Part shown: in pieces, positions 1 to 12,365 of the stretch
How the letters are laid out: each line of letters begins with the position of its first letter
Numbering within the stretch: the stretch's first letter is position 1
Position numbers and translations under genes: made by a program
NCBI GenBank assembly: GCA_040954595.2
Contig: CM082590.2
Span: forward strand, 4,960,001-5,024,000
Length of the DNA: 64,000 nt
Origin: Balanoglossus misakiensis
Taxonomy: Eukaryota > Animalia > Hemichordata
Direction: 5' to 3'
The notes under the pieces: generated by a model
What the model was told of the DNA's origin: nothing
Databases searched by the model: none
Seen by the model: the letters and a program-made list of their open reading frames with translations, nothing else

Positions 1-157
1 TTTCGCTCACAAACATAAATTTCAATTTGGGTGAGAATATACATTTTCCTTCCGTGTGCGGGCGATTTTTCCTGATCTTTTTACTTTTGCGCCGCGGATC
101 ACGATATTCAACATGTTTGATATTTTTTTTCCTCGCGAGGAAAATTACTCAAGTCCA

Positions 158-231
158 CCGCACACGAGAGAAAGTTGCTGAGCAAAATTCCTCGAATGAC
201 TTTTTGCTCAGCTGATTTCTCTCGTGTGCGG
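158..231. repeat. Short inverted repeat (hairpin) upstream of the PIF1-like gene
   Basis: CCGCACACGAGAGAAA..GCTGAGCAAAA / TTTTGCTCAGC..TTTCTCTCGTGTGCGG. Confidence 0.6.
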
Positions 232-372
232 CATCCTTTACCGATTGGCCGCGATCACATCATCACATGATCCGTTGATTACGCAATTGTTCCGTTTCCG
301 ATCTCCGCGTCCGATTCCGAGTTTTGAGCATCTATAGTATTTTTAAAGATTTTTGACAAATTCACTGGACTC

Positions 373-579
373 ATGTACACAATGGATGCTATAAACCTCT
401 TGAATTTCGGACACAATATCCTGATAACAGGCCAAGCCGGTACAGGAAAAACTACTCTCGTTAAGAATATTCACGACCGTTATTCTGGAAAAAAGAGCAT
501 CTACGTGACAGCCTCCACTGGGATAGCAACTTTGCAGTACCCTCGGGCAATGACTGTACATGCTTGGGCAGGCTTGCGG
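373..579 (+). CDS. PIF1-like helicase exon 1 (Walker A)
   Basis: ATG at 373, ITGQAGTGKT, donor GTAAGT at 580. Confidence 0.8.
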
Positions 580-729
580 GTAAGTTTTCATGATTGGTTT
601 CACCAAAGCGTACTCTCGAAAGATTTCATCAAAACTGAACATGACAAAGTCCCAATGATCGCCAATGATGTCCACGGATGCGGGGGCCTCTTTGGACAAT
701 AAAACCGATGTAAGGGTGAGACTAAAACA

Positions 730-1560
730 AAGGAAAGCGAAGGACACGATTATCTGTATGCTTAAGGGCGAAGGACAGTAATATCTCCATATTTTAGGGC
801 GAAGGACATCATTATCTCTAAACAAAATGGTGAAGAACGGCATCTTTTTACTGAAGGGCGAATTTTGGACGAAAAAAATCACGTGTATTTCCTCTAAGGC
901 AGTGTTTGTTTAGAACAGCTGTTTCGATTCGTGAAAACAGGACACTCTAGTTAAGATCTTGACAGTGATATCATAAACTCTGATCACATATGTAACCTGG
1001 ATGTGTACTAACACAAAGTCTCCGGATGACTCATTTATTAGCCAATAACAATCTAGCTTTTATAAACTTTCCCGCCAATATGTGCTATATAACATGTCGC
1101 TAATTCCTTTTCATTAGTACTTGTTTTGAGACCACTTTGAAGCACTTTCTGGGGATTGACTCTGAATGCATCCGGTCTTTCCACTTCTCTCATTTGAGTT
1201 GACACACTTTTCTGTAGCATACCAGCTTACGTAGCTATAGTAATGAAGTAGTAATAAAGTAGTTTGAATTGATTCGAAGTCTTCGTCTCCGCCATAGAAT
1301 AGACTCCGTATACAAATCCGCAGACCCTACAGACAATTCCTCCATGCACAGTTTTTTATTTTATTCGTCAATTCTATTCCGATGTTCAAGTGGGGTAATA
1401 AAGTACTACAAAACTATTTTCCTCCGTGGGAATGAGACAATGATGTCCTTCGGCCTAAAATATGGAAATATTACTGTCCTTCGCCATTTAGTATAGAGAT
1501 GATGTTATCCTTCTGCCTTTATTACTGAGATAATGCCGTCTCCTGCTTTCCTTCGATTTA
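730..1560. mobile_element. Degenerate MITE in PIF1 intron 1
   Basis: Arms about 730-830 (GGGCGAAGGACA repeats) and 1430-1560 (TGTCCTTCGCC repeats) are imperfect reverse complements; boundaries approximate. Confidence 0.5.
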
Positions 1561-1629
1561 AGTTATGTTCGATTTGATGTCGACATCTTTTGGTTAACTT
1601 TATCCTTTTTCATAATTATTTAAATGAAG

Positions 1630-1746
1630 GATGGAAGATATCTTATGCAAGAATTATGCGAGTTGCTAAACACGGATCCCGCTTTTTATGCTGCGAAGAA
1701 TAGGATTTTGTCCACGGATATACTCATAATTGATGAGATATCGATG
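1630..1746 (+). CDS. PIF1-like helicase exon 2 (Walker B)
   Basis: AG|DGRYLMQELC...ILIIDEISM|GT; not in the ORF track. Confidence 0.8.
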
Positions 1747-1899
1747 GTAAATATGAATATTGAAGCTTGCACTAGTTGTATTACGTTTTTATTATAAAGA
1801 GTCACAAGCTGCAAATTTTAGATTTTTTATACACCTGCACATGTGTCGGTTTTATGATCATTATGCATTGTTAATAATAAGCTGTACATAATTCCGCAG

Positions 1900-2328
1900 A
1901 TAAGCAAGAAAATATACGAGCAAGTTGAGGAAATCTGCAGAAAAATCAGAGGGTCCAGAGATTACTACGGTGGCATACAAATTGTTGCATATGGTGACTT
2001 CTATCAATTGCCGCCAGTAGCTGAACACGATATGAAGACAGCGGTGAATTCTGTTTCATGTCGCACCTGTTCCGTCACCTGCATCGTATAAACCTGCAGC
2101 AAGTACATCGACAAACAGATCCCCTTATGGTAAAAGCCGTACGAGAAACCGCCATAGGAAGTGTTAGCGAAGACACATATAAGTTGCTCAGGAGTCTCTC
2201 CCGGCCATTTCAAGATTGTGCCAGAGCAACCCATGTATTCTCAACCAATTTGGAAGTTGAAATGTTCAACGCAGAAAGACTTTTTGAAATGCCGGGAGAT
2301 ATGAAGACGTACGAGTCTAAAGATGAAG
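1900..2328 (+). CDS. PIF1-like helicase exon 3 (motifs III-IV, internal frameshift)
   Basis: ISKKIYEQVEEICRKIRG..GDFYQLPPV, then in a shifted frame YEDSGEFCFMSHLF..QVHRQ..SKDE; GC donor (GCAAGT) at 2329. Confidence 0.78.
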
Positions 2329-2696
2329 GCAAGTGAACATACGACCGTAGTTCATATCACCCCCTCCCGTAACTTAAAAAACACGCAAAAGTGCATTCCA
2401 GATAAACCCTAGAAAATTAGTAACACAGTACGAAGGATGGGGAGTAAAACGACCGACATTATTTAGGAGCATTGGATGGTCGAAATAAATATTTAGCCAA
2501 AACTTTGCAAAGTAAGCCTAATATTTGACTTGAAGACCCACGTGAGATTGATAAAACCAAATTGTTTACTTGAGTTTACGTTCGGTGGGTAGATTTTGCA
2601 ACTAATTTGAATTGTCGCCCGTGTTTTCGTTTTGGTGTACTATATGAATAAAATATCGAAGATAACATTTAAACATGTAACTGTTTTCATTTCCAG

Positions 2697-2987
2697 GTGA
2701 TAAACGATATCTCAAGTGTATTCAGATATCAAGGCTGCTCTGCTTGAAAGTTGGTGCGCCTGTAATGTTAATACGAAATCTGAGCCCGACGATGGTAAAC
2801 GGATTACAAGGTGTAGTTTGTGAAATGGTAGATGATAACGTAACCGTGTTCTTTGAAAATGGAATCGTACAAAAGGTGGAGGCCGACAATTTCGGTGTGT
2901 ATTTACCTGGCCCAAAATCCACTGTGGCAAGTAGGACACAGATACCCCTCAAACTGGCATTCGCTCTTACTTTCCACAAAGCGCAAG
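2697..2987 (+). CDS. PIF1-like helicase exon 4 (2B domain, motif V)
   Basis: TTCCAG acceptor; LKVGAPVMLIRNL...FALTFHKAQ; phase-1 donor. Confidence 0.82.
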
Positions 2988-3265
2988 GTAAACAGGTTTC
3001 TTATATGTGACGTACGTGTGTGAGTGTGTGTGTGTGTCTTACATAGACCCTGGAGCGAGAGGATCTGTACGGTATGCGTGTTTCATATACTTTTACTATG
3101 AAACAGTAAGCCTTCGTTTCACCGATACAGTTGTAGCTTTATCAGCAAAACGGAAACTTGAAATTTTATCCAGTGATCTGGACAAATAGTACCGTAACAA
3201 TATTTTCAAAGGACAAATTGAATTTCTTAAAGATATTTCCCTGTGCATTTATGTAGGTGGTTTAG

Positions 3266-3478
3266 GTCAGATGCTTCAGCGAGTACAGGTTGATGCAAAG
3301 AGAGTGTTCCAGCCAGGACAATTAAGCGTTGGGCTTGGAAGAGTGAAGTCGTCGGACGACCTCCGGGTAGTCAACTACCATAAATCGAGATGTTTCCCAC
3401 CCAGAAAGACCGTGTTTGATTTTTATGGACGGAAACAACTACTTATACTGGATGACCTTTCTTGTTGTCATAAATCCG
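3266..3478 (+). CDS. PIF1-like helicase exon 5 (motif VI)
   Basis: GQMLQRVQVD..FQPGQLSVGLGRV; an alternative in-frame acceptor at 3256 is possible. Confidence 0.75.
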
Positions 3479-3790
3479 GTAGGTGGTTAAATAGTAAAGT
3501 TATCTGCAAAATGTATTTGCAGTCAAAAACAGACCCCGTAGCGAAATAGACAAGATGGGCGTGGACAGAAATTTTCGGCAAAGATCAAAGGAAACAACCG
3601 TGACATCGTCCAACATATGGCCTCCGTTCAGTTGGGATTGCACTCAATGGTCAATAATCGATTTGTTTTTTCATCTGTCTTTACGAAATGAAGCATGTTG
3701 CAAATGAATCATACATTTAACACCAAAACCAAAGGTGTTCTTTAACAGTGTATTCGTAATTCTACCTTATCCTGAATGTTTTGTTTACAG

Positions 3791-3934
3791 AAGATCAGAC
3801 TGAAGAAATAGATGATGATAACAAAGACCCAGGCGATGATGGCGCTATGGCAACACCCATTGTAGAAGACTGTAGTGACGATGACAGTGATTTTAATGAT
3901 AAAGAACTGCAGGAAACTGACCTCCTGATGCAAG
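3791..3934 (+). CDS. PIF1-like gene exon 6 (acidic linker)
   Basis: TTTACAG acceptor, acidic EDQTEEIDDD..., GTAATC donor, phase 1/1. Confidence 0.65.
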
Positions 3935-4078
3935 GTAATCGAAAGCGATCTTTAGATCATAAAAATGTTACAGATTTTAGGTATTTTCGTATTGTAATAT
4001 CATAAATTAGAAGAGTGCCTGGCTTCTTTTATTGTTCGACCCATATATAAAATTCATTATGGTAATTTCGTAATTCAG

Positions 4079-5491
4079 AAACTGGAGACATTCAAGTTGG
4101 CAGCCAGCAGGAATCGGTCGTTGGCGGCAGTTCCGATGACTCGCTCGGAACAACATCGAATGCTGGGCCATCATGGAAGGATTCCGAGGCTGAAACGCCT
4201 GCACTACAGCAGTACAGTACGAGATGTGGTACTCAACCTCCAGTCCAAATTAGCGTCGAACACAGAAAGAAGAAAAAAGAAAAGGGAAATTATGACCCGG
4301 TTGTTATTACCGGAAAACGAAAGCAAATTGCAAATTTTTTGTAATTTTATTACTTCAAATTTATTGAGCAAGGTACAATCTCTGGTAGAGCCGGACACAA
4401 AGGAGTTGACCTCTCTCCTCAAGACATATGATCGGTTTGTTAAATCCGATGAGTTCAACAATTCAGTCTGTGATCTCCTGGGACACCAACCGAACACGGA
4501 CGAGTATGGCAGTGTAATGAACATTGCTGATGCACTCAGAGCAAGGGTGTTCAAACACGTAGAAGAGAAAATTCTACGGGATCAGGCAGAGAAAGTAGAC
4601 ATTCCGAGATCAGCGACATTCCGATCATCAGAAAGTGGGTTGGGAAAGCTGCGGTATCTGGGTGGCCGATGTGTTGCCAAAGCAAAATATTCAGTCACTG
4701 CTGAATTGAGAAGAAATTTGTCTAGTGACCGTGCTAAGTACGAGAAATGCAAAGCAACACTGGGTTTGTTAAGTATGTTAGAAGCTTCAGAGTCTGAGCT
4801 TCTCGAAATATCGTCTGAAAAATCTAGCTTGGAAGAGACAGTCAGGCGACAAAACATAAGACGGTCGCTTCAGCATATTTCTGACGATGCCTTTGACTTT
4901 TTTTGTCAAGTAGAAAGACGACGTGTGCAGTTGGAAAGCTTTGAAGCATTCAATGTCTTTGGGGGCAAAGTTATTAGTCACGCCGAAAATAAGTTGCTCG
5001 GTGACGTAAATTTGCAGAGTGCTTGGAAACGCCTGTTTGTTGACATAGAGTCTGAAGTAATAGTCGAATTGTTCAATGATATTGTTCGGCGATATTTCCG
5101 CATCGCAAATAATCAATATAGGAAATCGCTGCTAGATAAGATTGGTCGTGCAAAATCGTCAGCCCATCGCGTGGAAATCCAAAAAAGAAAAGCGATAAAT
5201 GTCTCTACAACACAGTCAGTCACGGCCACCCAGTCGGCAAGTGCAGGACGGGTTGGGAAAGGGAAGGGCAAAGGAAAGGGTAAGGGAAAAACCATCAAGA
5301 AAAAAAGAGGGAGTTCAGAGAGAGAGTGTTGCATGTGTGGGGATTCGTACGTCAGTGGAGAAGCGTGGATTCAGTGTGATGCTTGTCTTGGGTGGCTGCA
5401 CCAGGAATGTTCTGGTTTATCCCTCCCTGAGTACATGGGACACGCAAATGATAGTGACCTTCCATTTGAATGTATGAGGTGTGGTGAATGA
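4079..5491 (+). CDS. PIF1-like gene terminal exon: helical region, GK-repeat basic tract and PHD finger
   Basis: 464-aa ORF ending in a C4HC3 PHD pattern; AATAAA-like signal (AATTAAA) downstream. Confidence 0.75.
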   Translation, partial: KLETFKLAASRNRSLAAVPMTRSEQHRMLGHHGRIPRLKRLHYSSTVRDVVLNLQSKLASNTERRKKKREIMTRLLLPENESKLQIFCNFITSNLLSKVQSLVEPDTKELTSLLKTYDRFVKSDEFNNSVCDLLGHQPNTDEYGSVMNIADALRARVFKHVEEKILRDQAEKVDIPRSATFRSSESGLGKLRYLGGRCVAKAKYSVTAELRRNLSSDRAKYEKCKATLGLLSMLEASESELLEISSEKSSLEETVRRQNIRRSLQHISDDAFDFFCQVERRRVQLESFEAFNVFGGKVISHAENKLLGDVNLQSAWKRLFVDIESEVIVELFNDIVRRYFRIANNQYRKSLLDKIGRAKSSAHRVEIQKRKAINVSTTQSVTATQSASAGRVGKGKGKGKGKGKTIKKKRGSSERECCMCGDSYVSGEAWIQCDACLGWLHQECSGLSLPEYMGHANDSDLPFECMRCGE

Positions 5492-7366
5492 ACTCCACTG
5501 TTGGTTTACATTTTGCACTGCCGATACATTTTATTTATTCACTGTATTTCATATTTACAAGAAATTAAAGTCTTCTGTTTATGAAATGTACCATATGATA
5601 CCTAGCGTAACCGCTTAAAGCCCCTAGAGCTGCCAAATTTCACGGATTTTCTTCCACAGTAAAACACTTCAAATATATTCCCTATCCTCTAAAATCCTCA
5701 CCATTAAGCCATATTACTTGCATTTGCAGCAGTTTGTCATCTCTTGGTGATGCATACCACGATAGCTGCGTACTGTTTGTATGGAGGCTGATTAAACCGT
5801 TTTAATACATAGCATTTTCAAATCGCTACATACAGCCATAATCAGGCATCGGTAAAGTGTTCACATATACCTATCAGTAAAATAAAATTGTGAAAATAAA
5901 GCAAAAAGTGGCAGCTATAGAGGCTTTAATGTATTTCCCCATGTTTAAGGTCTCCATGTTGATTCACAATTTCATGTCAACAAGTTCACATTCTACCACC
6001 ACATCACATCTACACATCAACTATCACTGTGATAGAAGCTACCATTTTCAAGTTAAAGATATACAGTCACCGCCAATTTACATACACCCATATATGGCTG
6101 AAATAGAGTATTTGCGGGTTCTAAATAACATGGCGGCGCTCTTTTTTTCGCATGTGCCACCCACTGAAAATCCGTGATTGGCTAGATCTCAAGTTAACGT
6201 GGTAACTGTAGCTAAATTTCCATAGGTGACCGTATACCTTCTCTACACGTACTGTTGACTGACACACACAATCCCCTAACTCTCAACACATACATACAAA
6301 GACCCAACCCACTCCACGTGTAGTCTCCATGGCCATGCCACCTGGCCTGCAGGCGACCACATCCAAAAGCATACACACACACAATACATGTCAATTTTAC
6401 ATGAGGAGCGGCTCATGTACTTTATTCTAAACTTGAATGATATATAAACTGAAAATTTACCCCGCACCAAAACCCAGAGATAAAACCCTTTGTTTCAGGA
6501 TAAGGGGAAAAAACTCTGGGAAAGCGTAGGTAATTCACCAACTTTACAAAAAAATCTATTTCTAAATTCATGCCTCTTTGAAAACCCTACTTTCAAGTGA
6601 AGATGCTAATCTGTTACACAAAATAGCAGGTTCACAGAAAGAAAATGTTGGAAGTTTTACAATACCAAGCAAAATTTGGTATTGTAGGTCTAAACTAAAA
6701 CTGACCAAAATTAATATTTCATCTCTGAATGAATAAAGTGTTCTCAATAAATCATAATAGGTTTGGTGTTACACTGTTCTAAATGTAGCATTTACAATTA
6801 AAGGGCAACTACCTGTAATTTTTGGTACAGAATTGTTAATATTGACAAATGCATTCAATTGACTTGAATACAATTGTTAACAATAACAATGCTGATTATG
6901 CATACCAGAAATCGTGGTGCATACATAGACCAAAATTACGTACTGAAAAATTTGTCAAATGTAACACATAGTGGACCTTAATGTCTATAAGAATAAATCT
7001 CAAACAATGTCAAGTGAACGTAAAATCTTAAATTTCATATTAAAATACAAAAAAGAATAAAGTCATACTATTGAACACTGCACACAGCAGTTGGGTCTAA
7101 AGTGACTAATGTACTGGGGGCAATCCCAAACAGAAAGGGTCATATAGTCATAAATATCCCCCACCCTTATAAAGACCCCTTTCTCCTTGGGATGGCTCCT
7201 GTGATAAAATGAAACTGTGCTGGACTTGAAGAGATATACGCAGGAAACCTCATCAGTTACAGCCACTGCGAAGACTTCATTGATGATCCCCCAAAATTGG
7301 GGGGAAATGTAGATGAATGTTGAAATCTTCAAAAGCAAATTCAAAGTATTTTACTGTCAAAAAAGT

Positions 7367-8500
7367 GTAAATAATGTGTTGCCTGTAAGCCATGATGCAT
7401 GATCTCCATGCCATTCAATTTATGAGCCAATTTACTGATTTACTACCCTCCCCCCGAAATACAAACAAAACAAAACAATTATGAATATATGGCTTCTGCA
7501 AACACATTATTTAGCAAATTAAAATCTTATCTGATAAAGTCACTTGAAAATGTGAAAGACCCTCTCAAATTGAGGAAAAAGAGGAATGTTCAAATGTAAA
7601 ATAACTGAAAACTAAATGTGTATAAAACTTCTTAAAAAGAAGTATATCATTGTAAATAATGTGTTGCCTGTAAGCCATGATGCATGATCTCCATGCCATT
7701 CAATGTATGAGCAAATTTACTGATTTACTACCCTCCCCCCGAAATACAAACATAACAATTATGAATATATGGCTTCTGCAAACACATTATTTAGCAAATT
7801 AAAATCTTATCTGATAAAGTCACTTGAAAATGTGAAAGACCCTCTTAAATAAAGGAAAAAGAGGAATGTTCAAATGTAAAATAACTGAAAACTGAATGTG
7901 TATAAAATAGAGAAAACTTCTTGAAAAGAAGTATATCATTGTAAATAATGTGTTGCCTGTAAGCCATGATGCATGATCTCCATGCCATTCAATTTATGAG
8001 CAAATTTACTGATTTACTACCCTCCCCCCGAAATACAAACAAAACAATTATGAATTTATGGCTTCTGCAAACACATTATTTAGCAAATTAAAATCTTATC
8101 TGATAAAGTCACTTGAAAATGTGAAAGACCCTCTTAAATTGAGGAAAAACACTCAGACGATGCATAAATACCTGGCAATGTCAAGCCAAAGCAAATTACC
8201 TCGTCTGATACAGCCATTGGAAAAAAGTTCATTAAAGACCCTCGAACATTGAGGAAAAAGGCTAAAGATGTGCGTTTAAATAACTCAAAACTGAAAGTGT
8301 ATAAAATAAAGAAAACTCCACAATGTGAAGTTTTTTTATTGTCCACAAAGTTTAAATAATGTGTTGCCTGTAAGCCTTGTTGCATAGGCTCAATGCTATT
8401 CAATTTAAGAGCAAATTCACCAATATATCCCCCCCCCCCTGCCAAAAAAACCAATTATGCCTATATGGCTACTGCAAACACATTATTTATGTATTTCAAA
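7367..8500. repeat. About 285-bp tandem repeat, roughly 3 copies plus a degenerate copy
   Basis: GTAAATAATGTGTTGCCTGTAAGCCATGATGC recurs at about 7367, 7652 and 7941, degenerate at about 8353. Confidence 0.8.
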
Positions 8501-9254
8501 AGAAAAAAAATCATCAAAAATCAAAGCACTGTAAACCTAGTAATCACACAATGCATATACATGCAACGATGCAAATGCATTAAAAGTGTGATATAAAAAT
8601 ACTTAATTATGTCAAGTAAAGGCAAAATCATTAAGGTAATATTAAAGAACCTACTTGTGCACTGAGTCTGTTGATTGGGGCCGTCGTTGTGTGGGACTCG
8701 CTAGCAATGTGGGGAAAATCTATTGATTATCGACAGACTCAGTGGGCAAGACGTGACCATAAAATAGATATACCAACATATCGAACTGTTGAATACTACG
8801 CAAACAAAAAAACCCCAACTAATGAACTGATCCCAGGAAACTACACTGGACTTGAAGGATCTATTGCAAGTTTTAGTGGACTTGAAGTATTTATTGAAAT
8901 ATTTTTCTCATCACGAAATTAAGTTAGTCATGCTAAACTATGGTATTATAAAAACATATTGCAATTGAAACCTTCTCATCTGTTATAGCCATTGGAAAAA
9001 TTCATTAAAGACATACCCTAAAAAAATAGGAAAAAGAACAGAGACAGATAATAAAATCCTAAAAATTTTAAAATGCACACACATACATACCGTATTCTTT
9101 ATTTATAACATGGGAAAGTACAACGGAGCAAGCGACAGACGCGCGCGCGCGCAAAAACATAAATTGCTTGAAGACGGACTGCAATCTTGGGATTCTTGGG
9201 ATCTTGTAGAGAACCAGCTTCATCAGATGACCAAAAACATCCTAGGCGTGGAAA

Positions 9255-11990
9255 GAACACAACCACGGCAAACACAGAGGCCACAATGTGACGAGATGTA
9301 GTCACAGACACCCAAAAATGTCGACAATTCGAATATGAATTCGAAAACACAACCACGGCAAACACAGAGGCCAGAATGTGACGAGAGAGTAATCACAGAC
9401 ACCCAAAAATGTCGACAATTCGAATAAGAATTCGAAAACACAACCACCGCAAACACAGAGGCCAGAATGTGACGAGAGAGTAGTCACAGACACCCAAAAA
9501 TGTGTACAATTCGAATAAGAATTCGAAAACACAACCACGGCAAACACAGAGGCCAGAATGTGACGAGAGAGTGATCACAGACACCCAAAAATGTCGACAA
9601 TTCGAATAAGAATTCGAAAACACAACCACGGCAAACACAGAGGCCAGAATGTGACGAGAGAGTAGTCACAGACACCCAAAAATGTGTAAAATTCGAATAA
9701 GAATTCGAAAACACAACCACGGCAAACACAGAGGCCAAAATGTGACGAGAGAGTAGTCACAGACACCCAAAGATGTCGACAATTCGAATAAGAATTCGAA
9801 AGCACAACCACGGCAAACACAGAGGCCAGAATGTGACGAGAGAGTAGTCACAGACACCCAAAAATGTGTACAATTCGAATAAGAATTCGAAAACACAACC
9901 ACGGCAAACACAGAGGCCACAATGCGACGAGATGTAGTCACAGACACCCAAAAATGTCGACAATTCGAATATGAATTCGAAAACACAACCACGGCAAACA
10001 CAGAGGCCAGAATGTGACGAGAGAGTAATCACAGACACCCAAAAATGTCGACAATTCGAATAAGAATTCGAAAACACAACCACGGCAAACACAGAGGCCA
10101 GAATGTGACGAGAGAGTAGTCACAGAGACCCAAAAATGTCGACAATTCGAATATGAATTCGAAAACACAACCACGGCAAACACAGAGGCCAGAATGTGAC
10201 GAGAGAGTAGTCACAGAGACCCAAAAATGTCGACAATTCGAATATGAATTCGAAAACACAACTACGGCAAACACAGAGGCCAGAATGTGACGAGAGAGTA
10301 GTCACAGACACCCAAAAATGTCGACAATTCGAATAAGAATTCGAAAACACAACCACGGCAAACACAGAGGCCAGAATGTGACGAGAGAGTAGTCACAGAG
10401 ACCCAAAAATGTGGACAATTCGAATAAGAATTCGAAAACACAACCACGGCAAACACAGAGGCCAGAATGTGACGAGAGAGTAGTCACAGACACCCAAAAA
10501 TGTCGAGAATTCGAATAAGAATTCGAAAACACAACCACGGCAAACACAGAGGCCACAATGTGACGAGAGAGTAGTCACAGACACCCAAAAATGTCGACAA
10601 TTCGAATATGAATTCGAAAATACAACCACGGCAAACACAGAGGCCAGAATGTGACGAGAGAGTAGTCACAGACACCCAAAAATGTCGACAATTCGAATAT
10701 GAATTCGAAAACACAACCACGGCAAACACAGAGGCCAGAATGTGACGAGAGAGTAGTCACAGAGACCCAAAAATGTGGACAATTCGAATAAGAATTCGAA
10801 ACACAACCAAGGCAAACACAGAGGCCACAATGTGACGAGAGAGTAGTCACAGACACCCAAAAATGTGGACAATTCGAATAAGAATTCGAAAACACAACCA
10901 CGGCAAACACAGAGGCCAGAATGTGACGAGAGAGTAGTCACAGACACCCAAAAATGTCGACAATTCGAATATGAATTCGAAAACACAACCAAGGCAAACA
11001 CAGAGGCCACAATGTGACGAGAGAGTAGTCACAGACACCCAAAAATGTCGACAATTCGAATAAGAATTCGAAAACACAACCACGGCAAACACAGAGGCCA
11101 GAATGTGACGAGAGAGTAGTCACAGACACCCAAAAATGTCGACGATTCGAATATGAATTCGAAAACACAACCACGGCAAACACAGAGGCCAGAATGTGAC
11201 GAGAGAGATGTCACAGACACCCAAAAATGTCGACAATTCGAATAAGAATTCGAAAACACAACCACGGCAAACACAGAGGCCAGAATGTGACGAGAGAGTA
11301 GTCACAGAGACCCAAAAATGTCGACAATTCGAATATGAATTCGAAAACACAACCAAGGCAAACACAGAGGCCAGAATGTGACGAGAGAGTAGTCACAGAG
11401 ACCCAAAAATGTCGACAATTCGAATATGAATTCGAAAACACAACCACGGCAAACACAGAGGCCAGAATGTGACGAGAGAGTAGTCACAGAGACCCAAAAA
11501 TGTCGACAATTCGAATATGAATTCGAAAACACAACTACGGCAAACACAGAGGCCAGAATGTGACGAGAGAGTAGTCACAGACACCCAAAAATGTCGACAA
11601 TTCGAATAAGAATTCGAAAACACAACCACGGCAAACACAGAGGCCAGAATGTGACGAGAGAGTAGTCACAGAGACCCAAAAATGTGGACAATTCGAATAA
11701 GAATTCGAAAACACAACCACGGCAAACACAGAGGCCAGAATGTGACGAGAGAGTAGTCACAGACACCCAAAAATGTCGAGAATTCGAATAAGAATTCGAA
11801 AACACAACCACGGCAAACACAGAGGCCACAATGTGACGAGAGAGTAGTCACAGACACCCAAAAATGTCGACAATTCGAATATGAATTCGAAAATACAACC
11901 ACGGCAAACACAGAGGCCAGAATGTGACGAGAGAGTAGTCACAGACACCCAAAAATGTCGACAATTCGAATAGGAATTCGAAAACACAAC
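9255..11990. repeat. 91-bp minisatellite, about 30 copies
   Basis: Unit ACACAACCACGGCAAACACAGAGGCCAGAATGTGACGAGAGAGTAGTCACAGACACCCAAAAATGTCGACAATTCGAATAAGAATTCGAAA; ORF-track periodicity of 91. Confidence 0.95.
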
Positions 11991-12031
11991 ACAGAGAGTA
12001 CTCCGAGACATCCAAAAATTTTGAAAATATT

Positions 12032-12365
12032 CATACATGCATACATACATACATACATACAGACAGACATACATACATACATACAGACAGACATACATAC
12101 ATACATACATACATACATACATACATACATACATACATACGTACAAGACAGACAGACAGACATACATACATACATATATATACAATACATACATACATAC
12201 ATACATACATACATACATACATACATACATACATACATACACAAATAAATATATAAATAAATGAATGAATGAATGAACGAGTGAATGAATGAATGAATGA
12301 ATGAATGAATGTATGTATGTATGTATGTATGAATGTATGAATGAATGGATGGATGGATGAATGAA
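12032..12365. repeat. Compound microsatellite (CATA)n/(GAAT)n/(GTAT)n
   Basis: Directly visible. Confidence 0.95.

Larger units (their letters stand above)
373..5491 (+). pseudogene. PIF1-family SF1B DNA helicase fused to an acidic linker, a helical region and a C-terminal PHD finger; 7 exons (373-579, 1630-1746, 1900-2328, 2697-2987, 3266-3478, 3791-3934, 4079-5491), with two apparent frameshifts
   Basis: The spliced translation gives PIF1 motifs in order: Walker A TGQAGTGKT, TASTGIA, TVHAWAG|DGR, Walker B LIIDEISM, GGIQIVAYGDFYQLPPV, LQQVHRQTD, LKVGAPVMLIRNL..MVNGLQG, RTQIPLKLAFALTFHKAQG, FQPGQLSVGLGRVKS. The C-terminus is CCMC..WIQCDACLGWLHQEC..FECMRC (PHD). Splice sites and phases match. 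The frame breaks near 2025-2030 and near 4200-4220. Confidence 0.85.

Noticed and set aside
9255-11990. CRISPR-like array or repeated Cys-rich ORFs
   Set aside because: Head-to-tail units with no unique spacers, no cas genes and a eukaryotic context; the ORFs are by-products of the repeat.
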